Shown piece by piece: positions 45,844-59,019 of a stretch of 64,000 bases of DNA. The stretch lies in assembly GCF_051105105.1 (NCBI RefSeq), contig NZ_CP185339.1; one strand, given 5' to 3'. This DNA comes from Nannocystis pusilla. GTDB lineage: Bacteria > Myxococcota_A > Polyangia > Nannocystales > Nannocystaceae. Each line of letters opens with the position of its first letter. The stretch's first letter is position 1. A model generated the notes under the pieces. That model searched no databases. It was given only the letters and a program-made list of their open reading frames with translations, and had not been told where the DNA came from. The position numbers were made by a program, and so were the translations under genes.

Positions 45844-47316
45844 ATGTCGCTCGCTCGTCATGCGTCTCGCTCGCGCACCCTCTTCGCCTGTGGCCTGTTG
45901 ACCGCCGCGCTCGTCGGCGCGAACGAGGCCCGGGCCTCCGGCCTCAGCACCGCGCGATTCGGCGGCGAGCACGGCCACGTGACCACCGACAACCCCACCG
46001 CGATCTACTACAACCCCGCGGGTATCGCGCTGAAGCCGGGCACGCGGATCTTCGTCGACGGCAGCTTCGCGGCTCGCTGGGTCAGCTACGACCGACCGGA
46101 GTCGGCGATCAGCAGCGCGACCGGCACGCCCGAGGGGGCCACCGACGCCAACGCCGGCGTCGCCAAGCTGTCCAACTTCATCGCCGGCCCGTTCGCCGGC
46201 GCCAGCTCGGACTTCGGCACCAAGTTCTTCTCGGCCGGCGCCGCGGTCTACTTCCCGTTCGGCGGCCAGTCGACGTGGAAGCCCAACGAGAAGTACCGCG
46301 GCAGCCAGGACTACCCGGGCGCCGTCGACGGCGTGCAGCGCTGGCACACCATCGACGGCAAGTTGCGCTCGATGTACATCACCGGCGCGGTCGCCTTCAA
46401 CATCGCCAAGATCGGCCTGTCGATCGGTCTGTCCGGCAGCGCCATCCGCAGCGAGATCGACACCATCCGGGCCCGTAACGCCGACGGCACCGACGACCTC
46501 GTGCTGACCGACGGCACCCTCAAGGAGGGCCGCAGCTGGCTCAAGGCCTCGGGCTGGCAGGGCAGCTTCGGCATCGGCGCGATCTGGAACTGGCGCGACA
46601 AGCTGTGGATCGGCGCCTCGTACACCAGCCGGCCCAACATCACCGGCAACATGACGCTCAAGGGCGACCTGAGCAACGCCCTCGGCACCGCCCCCGTGTC
46701 ACCCGCCACCCCCATCGAGCTGACGCAGCGCCTGCCCGACATCGTCCGCTTCGGCTTCCGCGTCCGTCCGGTCCCCAAGCTCGAGCTGCGCCTGTTCGGC
46801 GACTTCACCAACTGGAAGGTGATGGACAAGCAGTGCGTCCTCGACGCCGGCGTCGCCGAGCGCCAGTGCGACTTCGCCAACGCCGACACCGCCCTCACCA
46901 ACCCCGAGGCGTTCGGCGGCGACACTGCCGACGACAACGTCAAGGGCGTCACCCAGCACATCCCGCGCTTCTGGAAGCCGGCCGGCGGCGTCCGCGTCGG
47001 CGCCAGCTACTGGGTGATCGAGGCCGTCGAGCTGTACGCCGGCGTCGGCTTCGACTCGAGCGCCGTCCCGGTCCAGACCATCGAGCCCGCCCTGCTCGAC
47101 TCCAACAAGATGACCTTCTCCCTCGGCGGCCGGTTCCGCCTGCACCAGCGCCTCCACCTCGGCTTGACCTTCACCGACATCGCCTACTTCAAGGTCGACA
47201 CCAAGGGCCGGAACGTCCTCAACAAGTTCCAGGCGCCGACGAAGGCCGCCAGCGCCGACGGCATCTACAAGCAGAACATCTTCCTGACGAACCTGTACCT
47301 CGACGTGAACTTCTGA
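45844..47316 (+). CDS. outer-membrane beta-barrel protein, FadL/TodX (long-chain hydrocarbon transporter) family
   Basis: Signal peptide LLTAALVGANEARA. Alternating amphipathic strands throughout. C-terminal ...NLYLDVNF ends in the OMP aromatic-terminal signature. The NPAG motif is near the N-terminus. Confidence 0.75.
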   Translation: MSLARHASRSRTLFACGLLTAALVGANEARASGLSTARFGGEHGHVTTDNPTAIYYNPAGIALKPGTRIFVDGSFAARWVSYDRPESAISSATGTPEGATDANAGVAKLSNFIAGPFAGASSDFGTKFFSAGAAVYFPFGGQSTWKPNEKYRGSQDYPGAVDGVQRWHTIDGKLRSMYITGAVAFNIAKIGLSIGLSGSAIRSEIDTIRARNADGTDDLVLTDGTLKEGRSWLKASGWQGSFGIGAIWNWRDKLWIGASYTSRPNITGNMTLKGDLSNALGTAPVSPATPIELTQRLPDIVRFGFRVRPVPKLELRLFGDFTNWKVMDKQCVLDAGVAERQCDFANADTALTNPEAFGGDTADDNVKGVTQHIPRFWKPAGGVRVGASYWVIEAVELYAGVGFDSSAVPVQTIEPALLDSNKMTFSLGGRFRLHQRLHLGLTFTDIAYFKVDTKGRNVLNKFQAPTKAASADGIYKQNIFLTNLYLDVNF

Positions 47317-47324
47317 TCTGACGC

Positions 47325-47420
47325 AGGGGACATGTCCCCGGAGCCAGCATGGACTCGGCTGGCCCTGAGGACATGCTCATCGGGCCAGGCAGAGGTCGCC
47401 TGGCTCGCAGGACATGTCAG
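47325..47420. repeat. REP-like cluster between convergent genes
   Basis: gggacatgtcccc...gaggacatgctcatcg...caggacatgtcagc. Confidence 0.65.
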
Positions 47421-47450
47421 CGCGGTCGAGGCGCGGCCGTCCCCGACGCC

Positions 47451-48422
47451 TCAGTGCTGGGCCCGCGCCTCGCCCCCGCTGCGGAACAGCTTGCGGTAGG
47501 TCATCGGCGACGTGCCCATCACCTGCGCGAAGCGGTTGCGCAGCGTCGACGCGGCCGCGAAGCCGACGTCGCCGGCGATCTCCTCGAGCGACAGCGTGGT
47601 CGACTCGAGCAGTTGCTGGGCGCGGGCGATCCGGGCGGTGAGGACCCACTTCAGCGGGGTCGTCCCGGTCTGCTCGCGGAACCGCCGGCTCAGCGTCCGC
47701 GTGCTCATCCGGGCCCGGCGGGCCAGCGTCGGCAGCGTCAGGTCGTCGCGCAGATGGCGGTTCATCCACTCGAGCAGCGGCGCCAGGCTGCTGGTCGAGG
47801 TCGGGGGCTCGTGGACGATGTACTGCGCCTGCCCGCCGCTGCGCTCGAGCGGGACGACGGCGAGCCGCGAGGCGTGAGCGGCCGCCGCGGCGCCGTGATC
47901 GCGGCGCAGCATGTGCAGGCACAGGTCCATCCCGGCGGCCCCGCCCGCCGAGGTCAAGATCCGCCCGTTGTCGACGAACAGCACGTTCGGATCGACGATG
48001 AGCGTCGGGTAGCGCCGGGCGAGCAGGCCGGCGGCGACCCAGTGCGTCGTCACCCGCAGGCCGTCGAGCAGGCCGGCCTCCGCCAGCACGAACGCGCCGC
48101 TGCAGATCGATGCGACCCGCGCCCGTCGCCGCGCCGCGGTTCGCAGCGCCTCGAGCACCGCCGGCGAGAACGGCCGCGTCAGGTCCATCACGCCGGGCAC
48201 GATCACGGTATGCGCCCGCGCCAGATCGGCCAGCCCCCAGCGCAGCGCCAGCTGAAACGCCCCGGCGTCGACGCTCCGGGTCTCGCCGCACACGCGCACC
48301 TCGTACGGCCGCGCGCCCCCGGGCACCTCGGCGCGCCCGAACACCTCGCACGGCATCGTCAGGTCGAACGCGACCACCCCCGACAAGGCCAGCACCGCGA
48401 CCACGTGCGGACGCAAGGTCAT
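47451..48422 (-). CDS. AraC-family transcriptional regulator with an N-terminal DJ-1/PfpI (GlxA-like) domain
   Basis: HTVIVPG...ASICSGAFVLAEAGLLDG is the DJ-1 nucleophile-elbow region. The C-terminal HTH reads LARRARMSTRTLSRRFREQTGTTPLKWV. Confidence 0.85.
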   Translation of the reverse strand: MTLRPHVVAVLALSGVVAFDLTMPCEVFGRAEVPGGARPYEVRVCGETRSVDAGAFQLALRWGLADLARAHTVIVPGVMDLTRPFSPAVLEALRTAARRRARVASICSGAFVLAEAGLLDGLRVTTHWVAAGLLARRYPTLIVDPNVLFVDNGRILTSAGGAAGMDLCLHMLRRDHGAAAAAHASRLAVVPLERSGGQAQYIVHEPPTSTSSLAPLLEWMNRHLRDDLTLPTLARRARMSTRTLSRRFREQTGTTPLKWVLTARIARAQQLLESTTLSLEEIAGDVGFAAASTLRNRFAQVMGTSPMTYRKLFRSGGEARAQH

Positions 48423-48824
48423 GCTCCCAGGCTCGCACTCTCGGCCGCGGCTCGGCAAGCGGCGAAAACGCCAAGAAGTGCTCACTTCTCGCCACCCGCG
48501 TCCGGCGAGGCACCGGCCGGCACATGTCCTCAAGGACATCTGATCCCATCGGAGAAATATAGTCGGGCGCCGGCTCAGCGAGCCCGTAGACCTCGCTCGC
48601 GCACGTCCGCACCCCGCGAACCGTCCCTGTATCACTCGCTACAGCACCCGCCCCCGAGCCCTCGGCGAGGATCGCCAGGCGCGAGACGAAGGTCACCGAC
48701 GGCGCGCCGCGAACGACCGCTGCGTCGTACGACGGTCCTGCCAGCGGACCGAGCCGGCGCCGACCCTCGCGCGCCCGCGCCCGGCGCCCTCGCGTTTCGC
48801 CGCTCGCGGGCTTAGCCTTGGCGC

Positions 48825-49940
48825 ATGACCCCACTCGACGAACTCGCGGCGCTGCTGCGTCCGGCAGGCGGCGGGCTCTTCCTCGTCTCGACCGGGCGCG
48901 CGGAGCAGCTGGCGATGCAGCGCCGGATCTACGGCGCCGACGACGAGGCCGGCGTCGACGCGGCGTTTCGCCGCAACCTCGCCGCGATCGCCGACGCGCG
49001 CGTCGTCATCCTCGGCTGCCCCTCCGACGTCGGCGCCGGATTCCTGCGCGGCGCCAACGTCGGGCCGCAAGCGATCCGCACCGGCCTACTCGCCAGCGAC
49101 GCCGACTGGCCGGCGCGGGCCGCCGCCGCCGGCGTGCTCGACATCGGCGACGTGTTCGTCATCCCGCAGCTGCTCCACGACGACATGCTGAGCGCCGGCC
49201 AGCTCGCCGCCAGCCGGCGCGCGCTCTACGGCCACCTGCCCGAAGAGACAGCCGCGACCTTGCCGGTCTCGCCGCTGTCGATCGCCGAGCGCGCGCTCGA
49301 CCTCGTCTACCAGCTCAACCCCGGCATCGTCCCGGTCGTCCTCGGCGGCGACCACTCCAACGCCTGGCCCGTGGCCGCCAACCTGGCGAAGCACCGCCGC
49401 GATCGCTGGGCGATCGTCCAGCCCGACGCCCACACCGACCTCCTCGCCGAGCGGCTCGGCATCAAGATCTGCTTCGCCACCTGGTCCTACCACGCCAACG
49501 AGCTGCTCGGCCGCGACGGCCGGCTCGTGCAGGTCGGCGTGCGCGCGTCGCGACATGACCGCGGCCACTGGGAACAGGGCCTCGGCGTGCGCCAGTTTTG
49601 GGCCGAGGAGGTCAAGGCCGACCCCGCCGGCACGATCGCCGCCATCGTCGCTCACCTCAAGAGCCTCGGCGTCACCTCGGTCTACTTCTCCAACGACATC
49701 GACGGGACCGACTCGCACTGGGCCGACGCCGCCGGCACGCCCGAGCCGGACGGCCTCGAGCCCGACTTCGTGGTCGAGCTGATCCGCGCTCTCGGCCGCG
49801 AGGTCGGCCTGTGCGCCGCCGACGTCGTCGAGGTCGCCCCGCCGCTCGCCCGCGACGGCGGCAAGCAGACGGTCGCGCTCGCGGTCCGCTACCTGCGTGA
49901 GAGTCTGGCCGCCATCGCCGGCCCCAGCCTCGCGCCCTGA
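48825..49940 (+). CDS. arginase/agmatinase/formiminoglutamase-family ureohydrolase
   Basis: Mn-binding motifs GGDHS, DAHTD and SNDIDGTD. Confidence 0.85.
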   Translation: MTPLDELAALLRPAGGGLFLVSTGRAEQLAMQRRIYGADDEAGVDAAFRRNLAAIADARVVILGCPSDVGAGFLRGANVGPQAIRTGLLASDADWPARAAAAGVLDIGDVFVIPQLLHDDMLSAGQLAASRRALYGHLPEETAATLPVSPLSIAERALDLVYQLNPGIVPVVLGGDHSNAWPVAANLAKHRRDRWAIVQPDAHTDLLAERLGIKICFATWSYHANELLGRDGRLVQVGVRASRHDRGHWEQGLGVRQFWAEEVKADPAGTIAAIVAHLKSLGVTSVYFSNDIDGTDSHWADAAGTPEPDGLEPDFVVELIRALGREVGLCAADVVEVAPPLARDGGKQTVALAVRYLRESLAAIAGPSLAP

Positions 49941-49944
49941 GCTC

Positions 49945-50027
49945 CCGGCTGTCCGCGAGGACAGCCGCACCTGTTCGCTCGGACAGCCTGCGCCGCGCTA
50001 CGCCGCGCCTGCCCTTTCGGACAGCCT
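49945..50027. repeat. REP-like cluster (GGCTGTCC-N4-GGACAGCC)
   Basis: ggctgtccgcgaggacagcc...ctcggacagcc...cctttcggacagcc. Confidence 0.7.
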
Positions 50028-50815
50028 CAGCCCGCGCGGCCCTGCTGCAGCTCGGCGATCCGCTTCTTCGCCACGTTGTTGCTGAAGTCCGAGCAGCAGT
50101 CCATGCGGATGTAGGTCGACCACTCGTCGATCGCCTTCTGCGTCTCGCCCTTGGCCTCGTAGACCTGGGCCGCGCCGGCGTGGGCCGTCTTGTCGCCCTG
50201 GTACTTGATCATCGCCTTGGCGTACGTCGTGAGCGCCTCGTCGAGCTTGCCCTGCTCGCGGAGCACGTCGCCGAGCTCGCTGTACACGAACTTGACCGCC
50301 TCGTCGTTCTTGATGACCTCGCGGAACACCGCCTCGGCCTGCTCGAACTGCTTCGCGCGGCGCAGCGCCTGGCCCTGGTGGAGCCCGTAGTTGCCGTTGT
50401 CGGGATCGAGCTGCGCCGCCTTGCCCCACGACGCGGCTGCGTCGGCGTCCTTGTCGCTCTTCTCGAGCGCCGCGGCGCGGGTCGCGTGGTAGTCGGCCAC
50501 GTCGCCCTTGGCGGCGATCGCCTTGTCGATCAGCTCGATCGCCTTGGCCGGGTCCTTGTCGCCGTACAGCCGCACCTTCGCCAGCAGCGCCTGCGCCTCC
50601 GGGTTGCTCGGCTCGACCTCGAGCACCCGCTTCAGCATGTTCTCGGCCTCCTGCCACTTCTCGTCGTTGACGCGCGCGGCCGCGTTGGCGAGGTCCTTCT
50701 TCATCTGGGCCGCCTGCTCGGCCGGATCGACCGCGGGCGTGGAGTTGCACGCCGGCGCGAGGGCCGAGGCGGCAGTCAGGACGACGGTCAGGGCGCAGGC
50801 GGCGAAACGGGGCAC
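50027..50815 (-). CDS. TPR-repeat lipoprotein
   Basis: GTG start with RBS ggagg. VPRFAACALTVVLTAASALAPACNS gives the lipobox, followed by ~6 TPR-like helical repeats. Only the last 262 codons of ORF 50027..53413 are coding. Confidence 0.7.
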   Translation of the reverse strand: MPRFAACALTVVLTAASALAPACNSTPAVDPAEQAAQMKKDLANAAARVNDEKWQEAENMLKRVLEVEPSNPEAQALLAKVRLYGDKDPAKAIELIDKAIAAKGDVADYHATRAAALEKSDKDADAAASWGKAAQLDPDNGNYGLHQGQALRRAKQFEQAEAVFREVIKNDEAVKFVYSELGDVLREQGKLDEALTTYAKAMIKYQGDKTAHAGAAQVYEAKGETQKAIDEWSTYIRMDCCSDFSNNVAKKRIAELQQGRAG

Positions 50816-51010
50816 AGAGAGACCTCCAGCGACTTCGGTATCACGCGGCGGCCCGCCGGCACAAGGGCGGCCGCTCGCCTGCCGACCCGGGCCCGGTGCG
50901 GCGGCGCGGAGCCGGGCCGCGCGCGCTTCGATCGCTCGCTCGCTCGCGGACCCCTCGCGCCGGTGGCCGTTTTGGCGCGCGGATGATACGCTGGCCGCCT
51001 TCCGAGGCCG

Positions 51011-52276
51011 ATGTCCGGACGCGACTCCCACTCCGAAGACCCGCGCGGGCCCCGGCCGCTGCACCCGCACGTCGGGCTCGCCGAGCCGCCCGACGACCCC
51101 GGCCTCGAGCTGCGCGCCGACCTCGCCGATCCCGGCCTCTCGGGGCTCTTGCGCCGCGGGGTCAAGGCCGCCATCGCGCGCTGGGCGGTGCTGCGGCGGC
51201 CCGCCGCCGAGTGGCCGCGCCCGCAAGACGAAGCCCGCCACGCCTGGGACGGCCGGCCGCACTTCGCCGAGGACTTCGTGTTCGTCGGCGTGCAGCCCGA
51301 GCTCGCCGTGCTCGCGCGCCTCGAGTGGTTGCCGGGCCGCGACGCGCACCGCGTCTGGCTCACCCTCTTCACGCCCACCGCGATCTACTGCCTCCCCGGC
51401 GGCCAGGCCCTGCTGCGCGGCGACGGCGAGCGCGGCTGGTCGGTCGGCGGCCTCAGCTTCGATTGCGTGGAGCCGCTGCGCACCTGGACCCTGCGCTACC
51501 GCGGCGCCTTGCATGTCCACGACCCCCGCGGCCGGCCGCTGCGCCCCGCCGGCGACGCCCCCGCCGAGTCGATCGAGGCCCGCCTCGACCTCACCTTCCT
51601 CGCCGGCCTCTTGCCGTTCGTCCCCGGCACCGACGACGACCCCGACCTGCTCGCGCGCCAGCTCGGCGCCGCCGCCTGGGACACCCGCCTGCTCCGCGCC
51701 GTGCGCCGCCACCCGCTCCGCGGCTACGTCCAGGCCGGCGATCTTCACGGCACGATCACCCTCGGCCGCGACCTGCGGGCCTTCGGCGGCGCCGCCCTGC
51801 GCGTCCACAATTGGGGCGTGCGCGACTGGGGCGCCAGCGACGCCGCCATGCAGTGCTTCGCCACTCTCGGCCCGTTGCGGACGTATGTGCACACCGCCCG
51901 CTTCCCGTGGGTGAGCCTGTCCGGCGGCTTCGTCCAGCGGCCTGGTGGCGTCGTCCCGATCCGCGACCTCGGAGTCACGCAAGAGCGCCGCCCCGGCCGC
52001 GCGCCCGCTCGCACCGGCCTGGCCGTCGAGGCCCCCGGCGGCCCGCTCGCCCTCGAGGCCGAGACCGTCGCCGAGCTCCCGCTCGACATGGACGGCCGCG
52101 GTCACCTCGACATCGCCCTCGTGCGCGTCCACGCCGGCGGCGAACGCCCGCCGCCCGCCCGCGCCGAGGGCCCCCGCCTCGTCGGCCCCGCGCGCCCGCA
52201 CGAGGAGCCGCACGGCTGGGGCCTCTGCTTCACCCAGCGCCGCCTGCTCCCGCGCCCCACGCCGCGCACCGGCTGA
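51011..52276 (+). CDS. hypothetical protein
   Basis: 421-aa ORF with consistent GC3 bias and no recognisable domain. Confidence 0.45.
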   Translation: MSGRDSHSEDPRGPRPLHPHVGLAEPPDDPGLELRADLADPGLSGLLRRGVKAAIARWAVLRRPAAEWPRPQDEARHAWDGRPHFAEDFVFVGVQPELAVLARLEWLPGRDAHRVWLTLFTPTAIYCLPGGQALLRGDGERGWSVGGLSFDCVEPLRTWTLRYRGALHVHDPRGRPLRPAGDAPAESIEARLDLTFLAGLLPFVPGTDDDPDLLARQLGAAAWDTRLLRAVRRHPLRGYVQAGDLHGTITLGRDLRAFGGAALRVHNWGVRDWGASDAAMQCFATLGPLRTYVHTARFPWVSLSGGFVQRPGGVVPIRDLGVTQERRPGRAPARTGLAVEAPGGPLALEAETVAELPLDMDGRGHLDIALVRVHAGGERPPPARAEGPRLVGPARPHEEPHGWGLCFTQRRLLPRPTPRTG

Positions 52277-52287
52277 CCTGCCCGCCG

Positions 52288-52372
52288 GGGCATGTCCGCG
52301 GGCACATGTCTGGGCAGACATGTCTCCACGAGCATGCTTCTGTGGGCATGTCCAGAAGTACATGTCCTCTCC
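52288..52372. repeat. REP-like cluster (five RCATGTCY units)
   Basis: gggcatgtccgcgggcacatgtctgggcagacatgtctccacgagcatgcttctgtgggcatgtccagaagtacatgtcctc. Confidence 0.7.
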
Positions 52373-52485
52373 GCCAGCCTCCCGGGCGCGACCTGCTCCG
52401 CCCGCGGGCGACACGGCCGCCTTCCGGGCCGCGTCGGCGCCTCGCGCCCGCCACGGCACCGCGCCCGCAGGGCTCGTCGCCCCGA

Positions 52486-53010
52486 TCAGCCGGCCTGCTC
52501 GTCGAGCTCGTCGGCGAACGCGTCGGCCGTCTCGGCGTCGGCCGGCGCCTCCATGTCGGGCGCGTCGGTGCGGACGAAGTCCAGCGTACCGAGCCCGCCG
52601 TAGCGGATCTCGCCGGTCAGCGCGGAGCTCTCGCGGTTGATCAGCACATAGCCGCCGCCGCGACCGCCGCGGCCGTCCTGCCAGTGGAACGTCACCAGGT
52701 TGCTCGGCAGCATCGCCCCGCCCTCGGGCGGCGTGGCCCGGATCTGGCGCAGGTTGCAGACGAAGCGGATGAGCCCGTCCTCGCTGGTGAAGCGGCCGTA
52801 GTAGCGATCGCTCGCCAGCCGCTGGATCGTCAGCGTGCCGAAGATGCCCGCGCTCTCGCCGACCCACTCGCCGGTGAAGTCGCTGGCCCCCTCCGGATAG
52901 ACCTCGCCGGCGGGCGGCGTCACGTCGACCACGTCCTGGGCCAGCGCGCCGTCCGGCCTGCAGCCGCCGGCGAGCGCGAGCAGGAGCGCGGCGCGAAGGA
53001 GGCGAGCCAT
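52486..53010 (-). CDS. hypothetical lipoprotein
   Basis: MARLLRAALLLALAGGC gives the lipobox. 174 aa. Confidence 0.55.
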   Translation of the reverse strand: MARLLRAALLLALAGGCRPDGALAQDVVDVTPPAGEVYPEGASDFTGEWVGESAGIFGTLTIQRLASDRYYGRFTSEDGLIRFVCNLRQIRATPPEGGAMLPSNLVTFHWQDGRGGRGGGYVLINRESSALTGEIRYGGLGTLDFVRTDAPDMEAPADAETADAFADELDEQAG

Positions 53011-53156
53011 ACGAGGGATGGTGGATACCTCTCGGCCCGATCCGACGCGGTTCGCTGCGTCGGCGGCGGTGGCAAAAGTCACACGTTCTGGCCGCGCAGG
53101 GGCGCCGGAAACGCACGAGCGTCGCGCCGGCGACCTGACTACAATCCCGCCCGGCG

Positions 53157-53885
53157 ATGGGCGCACGATTCACCACGATGTCCGCGCGGGCCTTCGGCCT
53201 CGTCGTCGGCATCACCGTCGCCGGCGCCTCGCTGCCCGTCCACGCACAGGGCCCGAGCGCCCCTGCCACGGCGCCTGCGCCTGCGCCCGAGTCCAAGCCC
53301 GCGCCTGCGCAGGACGCGGGCAAGCAAGATCCCCCTGCCCCCGCGCCCGACGCCCAGCCGGTCACTGCCCCGCCCCCGGCCGCGCAGGCCGATCTGGTGG
53401 CCCCGCCGAACAACGTGTCTCAAAGCGCAGGTCTCGGCAGCGCCGTCGCCACCACCGACCCCGAGGCCAAGCGGGCCAAGGCCGAGCTCGAGGGCACGGC
53501 TCTGCGCGACAAGCCGGCCGACGGCGTGCCCGAGCGGCTGCCGCCGCTGCAGCGAGCCGGCTGGTGGTGCGTGTTCGGCGGCTTCGCCCTCGCCTCGACC
53601 GGCGGCGTGTTCGCCGGCCTGGCCGAGACCGAGGAGGACAAGGCCGCGCGGCTCATCGCCCAGATCGATCCCGAGACCGGCGCCTCCCTGCAGTACGCCG
53701 ACGTCAAGGGCGAGTACGACGACATCCTCGCCCGCGGCCGCCGCGACGCGGTGCTCGCCCGCAGCTTCCTCGCCGCCGGCGGCGTCGTGCTCGCCGCCGC
53801 CATCGGCCTGTTCATCGCCGACCGCGTCAAGCGCCGGCCCACCCGCGTGCAGGCCGGCCTCGGCGGGCTCCAGGTGCGCTTCTAA
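53157..53885 (+). CDS. hypothetical secreted/membrane protein with Pro/Ala-rich linker
   Basis: A signal peptide, then a P/A-rich region, then C-terminal hydrophobic segments (WWCVFGGFALASTGGVFAGL and VVLAAAIGLFIA). Confidence 0.5.
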   Translation: MGARFTTMSARAFGLVVGITVAGASLPVHAQGPSAPATAPAPAPESKPAPAQDAGKQDPPAPAPDAQPVTAPPPAAQADLVAPPNNVSQSAGLGSAVATTDPEAKRAKAELEGTALRDKPADGVPERLPPLQRAGWWCVFGGFALASTGGVFAGLAETEEDKAARLIAQIDPETGASLQYADVKGEYDDILARGRRDAVLARSFLAAGGVVLAAAIGLFIADRVKRRPTRVQAGLGGLQVRF

Positions 53886-53907
53886 GATGGCCGAAGGAAC
53901 AGGACCC

Positions 53908-54297
53908 ATGCGCCATGTCGCAAACGCCATGTTGTGCGGCCTGCTGTTCGGGTCCGCCGCGCTGTCGGCCTGCTTCAACGCGCCCGGCGATCCGGTGCAG
54001 TTCGCCTGCGAGCCGGACGACGCGGCCGAGTGTCCGGCCGGCTACGAGTGCCGGATCGACGGCTGCTGCCACCGCGAGGACACGCCCGACGACGACTCCG
54101 TGGGCGCGTGCAAGCTCGGCGCCACCGGCGCGAACCCTGGCGATCCACCGCCCCCGCCGCCGCAGACGACCACCGAGACCGGCACCGACAGCGACGGCAC
54201 CGCCAGCGCGACCGACGCGACCGACGCCACGGGCGCGACCACCACGACCGGCGCAACTTCCACCGGCGGCGACGACACCGGCGACACCACCTCCTGA
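53908..54297 (+). CDS. small Cys-rich lipoprotein with a Thr/Asp-rich tail
   Basis: MRHVANAMLCGLLFGSAALSAC gives the lipobox. RBS aagga. A Cys-rich core (CEPDDAAECPAGYECRIDGCC). Confidence 0.55.
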   Translation: MRHVANAMLCGLLFGSAALSACFNAPGDPVQFACEPDDAAECPAGYECRIDGCCHREDTPDDDSVGACKLGATGANPGDPPPPPPQTTTETGTDSDGTASATDATDATGATTTTGATSTGGDDTGDTTS

Positions 54298-54543
54298 AGC
54301 CACGGGCGGCGCCTCCGCCCCATCGCCCGCGCGGGGCCTGCCTCACGGCGCCTCGCCCTCACGGCGCACGCACCTGCCTCCCGGCCCCCTGGGCCATGAA
54401 CTTTGCTTCACGGCCCACAGGGCCACTTGCACCCGGGCGCCTCTGGCCCGATCTCATGGAGCCCCCGCGCGGGGCTCTTGCTACGCGGCCCCACCGGGCC
54501 GAAAACCGCGGGCTCGCGGGCCCGCAGCGACACGGGGACGATC

Positions 54544-55272
54544 GTGGGACTCAAGGACCTCTTCAGCAGCGCGGGTCGCAGCAAGAGCAAGCTCGACAAG
54601 CACATCAAGACCGTCCAGAACCAGTACGCGCAGTCGGCCGACCGCTACTACGCGATGGAGCAGCTGCTGGAGATGGCCGAGATCCCGGCGATCGTCGGCC
54701 TGATGAAGCGGTTCACGATGAACGCCAGCAAGTCCATCGAGGACGAGGAGGAGAAGGGCTGGCTGTACAAGCGCCTGCTCGGCCTCCCGCTCGACACCGT
54801 GCTGCCGGCGGCCAAGGAGTTCTGCCTCCAGAGCGACAACATCGCCTGGGTCTTGCGCGTGGTCGAGGAGCTGGCGAGCAAGCAGCAGGAGTGGGACATC
54901 CTGGACGCGCTGCTGGCCCACCACCCGCCGGGCTACGAGCGCGACCCGAGCGCCAAGGTGCAGCTGCTCACGCACCTGCAGGAGATCGACGACGCGCGCG
55001 TGCCCGACATCCTCGCCGGCTACCTCGAAGATCCGGACGAGGGCGTGCGCTTCTTCGCGGTCGAGGCGCTGCTCGACATCGGCGAGCCGCGCTCGCTCGG
55101 CCCGCTGGTCGCCCGCCTCGGCAACCCGGCCGAGGACTCGCTGCGCCTGCGCACCCGGATCCTCACCGGCCTCGCGCGCCTCGGCTGGGACGTCAGCGCC
55201 CACCGCGACGTCATCAACAAGGCCATCGGCAACGACCACACCTTCGACGGCACCCACATCAAGGAGCGCTGA
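54544..55272 (+). CDS. HEAT/PBS-lyase-like repeat protein (start uncertain)
   Basis: C-terminal repeats [47 protein letters not shown]. The GTG at 54544 was chosen because the upstream part of the ORF is Gly/Pro/Arg-rich. Confidence 0.55.
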   Translation: MGLKDLFSSAGRSKSKLDKHIKTVQNQYAQSADRYYAMEQLLEMAEIPAIVGLMKRFTMNASKSIEDEEEKGWLYKRLLGLPLDTVLPAAKEFCLQSDNIAWVLRVVEELASKQQEWDILDALLAHHPPGYERDPSAKVQLLTHLQEIDDARVPDILAGYLEDPDEGVRFFAVEALLDIGEPRSLGPLVARLGNPAEDSLRLRTRILTGLARLGWDVSAHRDVINKAIGNDHTFDGTHIKER

Positions 55273-55279
55273 TAAAGCC

Positions 55280-58530
<3,251 letters not shown>

Positions 58531-58534
<4 letters not shown>

Positions 58535-59019
58535 CCGAGCAGAAGATCCCGATGACCCCCGCCGGGTACGCCAAGCTGCGCGCTGAGCTCAAGCAGATCA
58601 AGGAAGTCGATCGGCCCGAGAACGTCCGCGACATCGAGACTGCGCTCGGCCACGGCGACCTGCGCGAGAACGCCGAGTACCACGCCGCCAAGGAGCGCCA
58701 GGCCCAGCTCGACGGCCGCATGCGCTACCTCGAGTCGCGGATCGGCATGGCCCAGGTCATCGACCCCGAGACCGTCAAGGAAGACAAGGTCACCTTCGGC
58801 GCCACGGTGACGATGCTCGACCTCGAGAACGATCAGAAGGTCGTCTACCAGATCGTCGGCGAGGACGAGTCCGACGCCACCCACGGCAAGATCTCGCTCG
58901 GCGCCCCGATCGCCCGGGCGATGCTCGGCAAGCGCGTCGGCGACGAGGTCCTGGTCAAGCTGCCCAAGGGCGACCGCGAGTACGAGGTCGTCCGCATCGA
59001 GTACAAGGCCATCTCGTGA
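58531..59019 (+). CDS. greA: transcription elongation factor GreA
   Basis: [71 protein letters not shown]. It overlaps the carB stop. Confidence 0.95.
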
